Virus record (IMG/VR): IMGVR_UViG_3300031760_000044
Coordinates: 5,220-69,219 of that record
Direction: 5' to 3' (one strand)
DNA length: 64,000 nt
DNA from: a virus
Taxonomy: Duplodnaviria > Caudoviricetes
Shown here: one piece after another, positions 59,064-64,000 of the stretch
How the letters are laid out: each line of letters opens with the position of its first letter
Position numbering within the stretch: the stretch's first letter is position 1
Program-made: the position numbers and the translations under genes
The notes under the pieces: model-generated
Databases searched by the model: none
What the model was told of the DNA's origin: nothing
The model's input: the letters and a program-made list of their open reading frames with translations, nothing else

Positions 59064-62000
59064 TTGACAATGAAAGAATATTATAATTATCATAAACATT
59101 CTCATATATCTAATATATTCACCATAGATTCTACCACACGTAATGGTCAGTATGCAGAGCGAGCAATAGAACTCGGGCATACTAATCTTTCCACATGTGA
59201 GCATGGAACATTTGGTGATATTTTTGAGTGTCGTACTTTGGCGGATACTTATAACCTTAAATGTTTGCCAGTTGCGGAGTTCTATATTGTTAAAGATGCG
59301 AGACCTGAATTAAAAGATAGGCGCAATTACCATATTATAGTGACCCCTAAGACTAATGAGGTGCGCAAGAAATGTAATTATATTTCATCTATGGCAAATA
59401 TAGAAGGATATTATTATAAACCTAGGATAGATGTAGCACATTTGCTTACCCTCGATCCCGATGATGTTTATATTACCACGGCATGTGTGGCTGGTATACT
59501 TCGAGATGAAGAAGGAATCAATGATATTTTTCTCCCATTATTTAACCATTTTAAGGATAATATTCTCCTAGAAGTTCAAAATCATATTGATCCGAAACAA
59601 ATCGAGATTAATAAAAGAGTTCTAGATTTTCAAAAAGAATATGGTCTTAAGATAATCGCAGCGAACGATTCTCATTATATAGATGATGAAGGAAGAATAC
59701 AGCGCGATGAATTATTACGCGGAAAGGGAATGAAATACGATGAAGAATCTGGATTTATACTTGATTATCCCAATTATGATATCATGTTTGGCCGTTTTGA
59801 ACAACAAGGAATTCTTTCAGAATCTCAAATAGAAGAAGCTATTGATAACACTATGATTCTCGCAGGAGTAGAAGAGATAGCTCTTGATCATTCTATTAAG
59901 ATGCCTACAATAGATCCTGATCTTACTCCTGCGGAACGTGTTGCTAAACTTAAAAAAATAGTTAACCATAGATTTTCACAAATAGTTAAGGATGAACATA
60001 TCGAAGGAGAAGAATTTAATAAGTATAGAGATGGTATCCGTTATGAAATGGATATTATTGAAAAAACCAATGATGAGATACATACTGCGGATTATTTTCT
60101 TCTCAATACTAAACTTGTTGATCTTGCTGTGAATAAGTATGGTGGAGTTCTTACTCGAGGTGGAAGAGGATCATGTGCATCATTCTATATAAATAAAATC
60201 TGTGGAATGACACAGCTAGATAGATTCAAGATTAATCTTCCTATATTCCCTGATAGATTCGCATCTACGGCTCGTTTACTTGAAAATAGAGCACTACCAG
60301 ATATCGACTACAATGTCGAAACGCAAGAACCATTTGTTAAGGCAGCAAGAGAATTACTCGGAGAACATAGTTGTTACCCTATGTATAAGACTGGAAACTT
60401 TCAGCTTAAAGAGGCATTCAAAAATTTATGTCGGAGTAGAGGTATAAATTTTGAAATAAGTAACCAAATAAGTGCTGATATAGATAAATACAGAGAGGAT
60501 CCTGAGTGGAAAGATTTAATCAACGAAGCTGAAAAATATGTAGGAGTTATTTATTCTGCAAGTGTTCATGCTTGCGCTCACCTTCTTAGTAATGAAGACA
60601 TACGTTATGAGTATGGCGTATTAAGATTTGGTGATGTGTTATGTGTTCTTATAACCTCAGCTGAAGCCGATGAATATAAAGTACTCAAAGATGACTTTCT
60701 TATTGTAACTGTTTGGCATCTTATTGCTGAAACATTTAAAGCAATTGGAAAGCCTATTATATCCGCACATGATTTATTGGTCGAGATAAAAGATGATGAT
60801 AGAATATGGAATTTATTAGCGGATGGTATGACTTGTACTCTTAACCAGATTGATTCTTCTAATGGTACGCACCAAGCAAAGAGATATGGAATTAAGTCTT
60901 TTGAAGAAGGCGCGTTATTGGCGGCTGCTATTCGTCCTTCGTTTGATTCATGGCGTGAGAAATTTTTAAATCATGAGGCTTATACCACTGGATCTGATCA
61001 ACTTGATGCTGTACTTAATTCCACTGGGGGATATATATTATTCCAAGAAAATCTCATGGAATATTTCCAGTGGCTTGGTGTTACCCCCGCTGAATCCATT
61101 GGTTTGATTAAAAAAATTAGTAAAAAGAAAATTAAACCTCAGGATTTTGCCAAACTTGAAAAAAGAATTAGAAAAGTATGGATAGAAAAGACTGGGTCAG
61201 AAGACATGTTTGATGAAACTTGGGGTATGATTCAGAGTTGCATGAGTTATGGCTTCTGTAGTGCGCATGCGGCTGCAACATCTCTCGACATGTGTTATGG
61301 TGCGTATCTTAAAGTCCATTACCCTCTTGAATATTATACTGTGTGTTTTAATACTTATTCAGACGATGCTGATAAAACAGCACGATTAACCCAAGAATTA
61401 GATTATTTTAATATTAAAATACAGAATATAAAATTTAGATATTCGAGAGGAGAGTATTCCTTTGATCGAAATACCAATAACATTTATAAGGGGATGGCAT
61501 CATTACCTTATCTTTCTGGTAAGGTGGCAGAAGAACTTTATGCACTTAAGGATAATCAGTATTCTGATTTTATCGAAGTTCTTTGCGATATAAAGAATAA
61601 CACATCTGCCGATTCACGCCAGATAGATATACTTATTAAGTTAGATTTCTTTTCAGAGTTTGGCGGTATTAATGATCTGCTTGATATTAAAAATAAATGG
61701 GAAAAATATTCTAGCAGAAAAACTGTCAAAAAGGATAGCGATATACTCAATATGCTTGGCGTAGATAATGTTCGCACACATTCTGAAAAAGAGACAGACA
61801 AACAATTCTCTGGTGTAGATATGATAGCGGCACTCAAGGTGTGGATCAATAATAGAGAGTTAATTCCTACTAGTTTATTTGACAAGATGGATTATGAGTC
61901 TGAATATCTTGGGTATATATCATCTATGAATCCTAATATTAAAGCTGATTATTGGTATGTGGTAGATGTTGGCGAGTATAATAGGGTTAATCTGTATCAG

Positions 62001-62210
62001 ATATGCGATGGCAAGACACAGAATATTAAAATCGACAAGAACTATACTGTCAATAAGGGCGATGTAATTCATATTCTTGAGTACACAGACAAGCCTAGAT
62101 GGCGTAAGGTCGGAGAGGATCCTGACACACATAAGCCCAAGTTTGAAAAGACTGGCGAGACTGAACGTGTGGTCAGTAAAATTGCTCCAGTAAATCGTCA
62201 CAAGACTTGA
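59064..62210 (+). CDS. dnaE: DNA polymerase III alpha subunit (DnaE type with PHP domain)
   Basis: HKHSH PHP motif, AANDSHY, RGGRGS, LPDIDY, SVHACAHLL, YILFQE, YGFCSAHA...YLKVHYP; ATG at 59070. Confidence 0.92.
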   Translation: MTMKEYYNYHKHSHISNIFTIDSTTRNGQYAERAIELGHTNLSTCEHGTFGDIFECRTLADTYNLKCLPVAEFYIVKDARPELKDRRNYHIIVTPKTNEVRKKCNYISSMANIEGYYYKPRIDVAHLLTLDPDDVYITTACVAGILRDEEGINDIFLPLFNHFKDNILLEVQNHIDPKQIEINKRVLDFQKEYGLKIIAANDSHYIDDEGRIQRDELLRGKGMKYDEESGFILDYPNYDIMFGRFEQQGILSESQIEEAIDNTMILAGVEEIALDHSIKMPTIDPDLTPAERVAKLKKIVNHRFSQIVKDEHIEGEEFNKYRDGIRYEMDIIEKTNDEIHTADYFLLNTKLVDLAVNKYGGVLTRGGRGSCASFYINKICGMTQLDRFKINLPIFPDRFASTARLLENRALPDIDYNVETQEPFVKAARELLGEHSCYPMYKTGNFQLKEAFKNLCRSRGINFEISNQISADIDKYREDPEWKDLINEAEKYVGVIYSASVHACAHLLSNEDIRYEYGVLRFGDVLCVLITSAEADEYKVLKDDFLIVTVWHLIAETFKAIGKPIISAHDLLVEIKDDDRIWNLLADGMTCTLNQIDSSNGTHQAKRYGIKSFEEGALLAAAIRPSFDSWREKFLNHEAYTTGSDQLDAVLNSTGGYILFQENLMEYFQWLGVTPAESIGLIKKISKKKIKPQDFAKLEKRIRKVWIEKTGSEDMFDETWGMIQSCMSYGFCSAHAAATSLDMCYGAYLKVHYPLEYYTVCFNTYSDDADKTARLTQELDYFNIKIQNIKFRYSRGEYSFDRNTNNIYKGMASLPYLSGKVAEELYALKDNQYSDFIEVLCDIKNNTSADSRQIDILIKLDFFSEFGGINDLLDIKNKWEKYSSRKTVKKDSDILNMLGVDNVRTHSEKETDKQFSGVDMIAALKVWINNRELIPTSLFDKMDYESEYLGYISSMNPNIKADYWYVVDVGEYNRVNLYQICDGKTQNIKIDKNYTVNKGDVIHILEYTDKPRWRKVGEDPDTHKPKFEKTGETERVVSKIAPVNRHKT

Positions 62211-62235
62211 CATGGATGCGTCAGTATGGTATAAT
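62207..62235 (+). promoter_or_regulatory. Consensus sigma-A promoter
   Basis: TTGACA-N17-TATAAT; the -35 overlaps the dnaE stop codon. Confidence 0.8.
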
Positions 62236-62260
62236 AAGAAGTACCGAGAAAGGAGGTTTT

Positions 62261-62887
62261 ATGAAACCTATTAGTGAATATAATTTCAGAGATATTGTTG
62301 GCAAATTCGTAATGATTTCTGGAGTAGTGATTAATCCCGACTTCACAGAATATTTAGCATATTGTTATATTGATGAAGAAAAAGGATTGTCTTTTAAAAT
62401 ATTGGGCATGTATAGCGCGGAAGATTCAAAGGTTGTTGTAGATGAAATTATTATTTTACGTTATAATAATGATATTCAACTTGAATTATTTAGTGCCACC
62501 AATGAAACATTGCTCAATGAAGCAAAAAGAGTAGACGATATCTACACTTCTGAAGATCTAAAAAAGATTAGAAATATTGAAAGATATGATCCATATAGAG
62601 ATAATGTCTTTCCTGATGATTTATTATTGTTATCTTTTATTACACAAGATGACGAGATTAAATCGGAGCCTATATGGATACATACAAACAGAATATTAGA
62701 TGACAATGTTTATGGTGTTACCATTGAAGACGGAAAATATTTTTCAAAAGATACAGAGGTAGCAATAATAAATAAGGAATTATTATTTGGTAATGCTCAA
62801 GTTAATATTCCAGATGTTATAGCATTAGACTTTTCAACAGTAGATAAGTTACATAAGGAGGTAACAAATGACATTCAAGAAACGTAA
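62261..62887 (+). CDS. Hypothetical protein
   Basis: Start at ATG 62261 behind AGGAGG. Confidence 0.6.
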   Translation: MKPISEYNFRDIVGKFVMISGVVINPDFTEYLAYCYIDEEKGLSFKILGMYSAEDSKVVVDEIIILRYNNDIQLELFSATNETLLNEAKRVDDIYTSEDLKKIRNIERYDPYRDNVFPDDLLLLSFITQDDEIKSEPIWIHTNRILDDNVYGVTIEDGKYFSKDTEVAIINKELLFGNAQVNIPDVIALDFSTVDKLHKEVTNDIQET

Positions 62888-64000
62888 GAACGAACATGAA
62901 GAAACTGAACTTATTATGGGCGTAGAACAAGTTAATAAAGAGGCGTTAGCAGAGTTATGTAATGGACTTGGCGAGGATGAAGATGTTGAAAAACTTATGG
63001 GTATTGCTCGTCGGCGTACAGAAGTTGTAGGAGCTAATGCAAATAACAACAAGATATTTTCATCACTCTGTTGTAAGATAATTCCCAGCCCTAATTATAA
63101 TCCTCGTAGTGATGCGGCTGCATATGGTGTAAAGAATAATAAGATTGATACAATTACAATTCACCATATGGCTGGCAATCTTACAGTAGAAACATGTGGC
63201 AACATCTTTGCTAATCCCAGCCGTGGTGGATCATCAAACTATGGTATCGGTACGGATGGACGTATCGCTGGATATGTTGGTGAGGAAAATAGAGCATGGA
63301 CTTCTTCTTCAAAGTATAATGACTTCCGTGCTATTACAATAGAGGTTGCAAACAACACTCTTGCGCCTACTTGGACAGTATCACAAGAGGCACTTACATC
63401 ACTTTATAATTTACTTGTTGACGTATGTAAGAGGAACGGCATACAGAGATTGATTTATTCTGACAATAAGAACGATAGAGTAAACCATGTGAATGGGTGC
63501 AATGTCACAATTCACTCTGACTTTGCGGCAACTGCATGCTGTGGGCCTTATTTGAAGGATATTATGGCTGATATTTGTACCGTAATAAATAATCTTCTTG
63601 GTGCAAATCCTATTCCTCAGCCTCAGCCCGCTCCAACTCCTGCACCCACACCTACTCCCACAGTACCAACTGGAACACCTGATCCTTATGCTGACTATAG
63701 CAAGGCTTTCTGGGATTTCTTTAGAACGCTTGGTATGCCTGAGTATGGCGTAGCTGGACTCATTGGTAATATTTCTATGGAGAGTGCTATTAGACCCAAT
63801 AACCTTCAGAATAGTTTCGAGAAGAAACTTGGTATGAATGACGACCAGTACACTGCTGCTGTAGATAGTGGTAAGTACACCAACTTTGTAAAGGATGGAG
63901 CTGGTTATGGACTTGCCCAGTGGACATATTACACCAGAAAGCAAGGGCTTCTTGATTTCGCAAAACAGTGTAAAATGTCAATTTGCGACATCAACCTTCA
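62868..64000 (+). CDS. Endolysin-like protein: amidase_2 domain, Pro/Thr linker, phage tail lysozyme domain; truncated at the right edge
   Basis: Not in the ORF track. Translation: TITIHHMAG...SSNYGIGTDG...RAWTSSS...ITIEVAN...TIHSDFAATACCGP (amidase); PQPQPAPTPAP linker; GVAGLIGNISMES...GYGLAQWT (lysozyme). Confidence 0.85.
   Translation, partial: MTFKKRKNEHEETELIMGVEQVNKEALAELCNGLGEDEDVEKLMGIARRRTEVVGANANNNKIFSSLCCKIIPSPNYNPRSDAAAYGVKNNKIDTITIHHMAGNLTVETCGNIFANPSRGGSSNYGIGTDGRIAGYVGEENRAWTSSSKYNDFRAITIEVANNTLAPTWTVSQEALTSLYNLLVDVCKRNGIQRLIYSDNKNDRVNHVNGCNVTIHSDFAATACCGPYLKDIMADICTVINNLLGANPIPQPQPAPTPAPTPTPTVPTGTPDPYADYSKAFWDFFRTLGMPEYGVAGLIGNISMESAIRPNNLQNSFEKKLGMNDDQYTAAVDSGKYTNFVKDGAGYGLAQWTYYTRKQGLLDFAKQCKMSICDINL

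Noticed and set aside
407-63981. Numerous 60-180 aa ORFs antisense to or overlapping well-supported genes (for example 3044..3322, 3987..4451, 9062..9571, 43295..43831, 53832..54287, 54424..54774, 63411..63944)
   Set aside because: Shadow ORFs: no RBS, atypical composition, and they lie opposite genes with clear motifs or across RNA genes.

Overview
This 64-kb window is part of a large double-stranded DNA phage genome. The host is inferred to be a Firmicute, probably a gut or rumen Clostridia member, from the sigma-A-type TTGACA-N17-TATAAT promoters, GGAGG ribosome-binding sites, PcfJ-family gene and DnaE. The gene content is SPbeta-like. Bases 1-12.4 kb are on the minus strand: modular tail-fibre genes, a metallophosphoesterase, a ClpP-like protease, a YonO-like single-subunit RNA polymerase split by a 241-nt group I intron inside its DxDxD catalytic motif, a SleB-type hydrolase and an HTH protein. 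A divergent non-coding switch region at 12.4-13.4 kb contains an AT-rich tract between direct repeats, G-runs and then a GATC-dense segment. Bases 13.4-42.5 kb are a plus-strand array of over 100 small early genes with many host-type promoters, including PcfJ, DUF932, Gp88, an orphan HicA and a tyrosine recombinase followed by 30-bp tandem repeats. Bases 43-52 kb are a replication module (SSB-like, AAA ATPase, DnaB, IscS, primase, Cas4-like nuclease). Bases 52.1-56.4 kb are a dense RNA island, followed by an HNH-AP2 endonuclease, DNA polymerase III alpha and a two-domain endolysin that runs off the right edge. The most striking feature is the RNA island. It holds four near-canonical tRNAs, a promoter-proximal pistol self-cleaving ribozyme and a family of tRNA-like RNAs that keep acceptor, D and T arms but have the anticodon arm (or D arm) rebuilt; two of them appear to carry an H-type pseudoknot there. 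All structures were folded by eye and no database searches were run.
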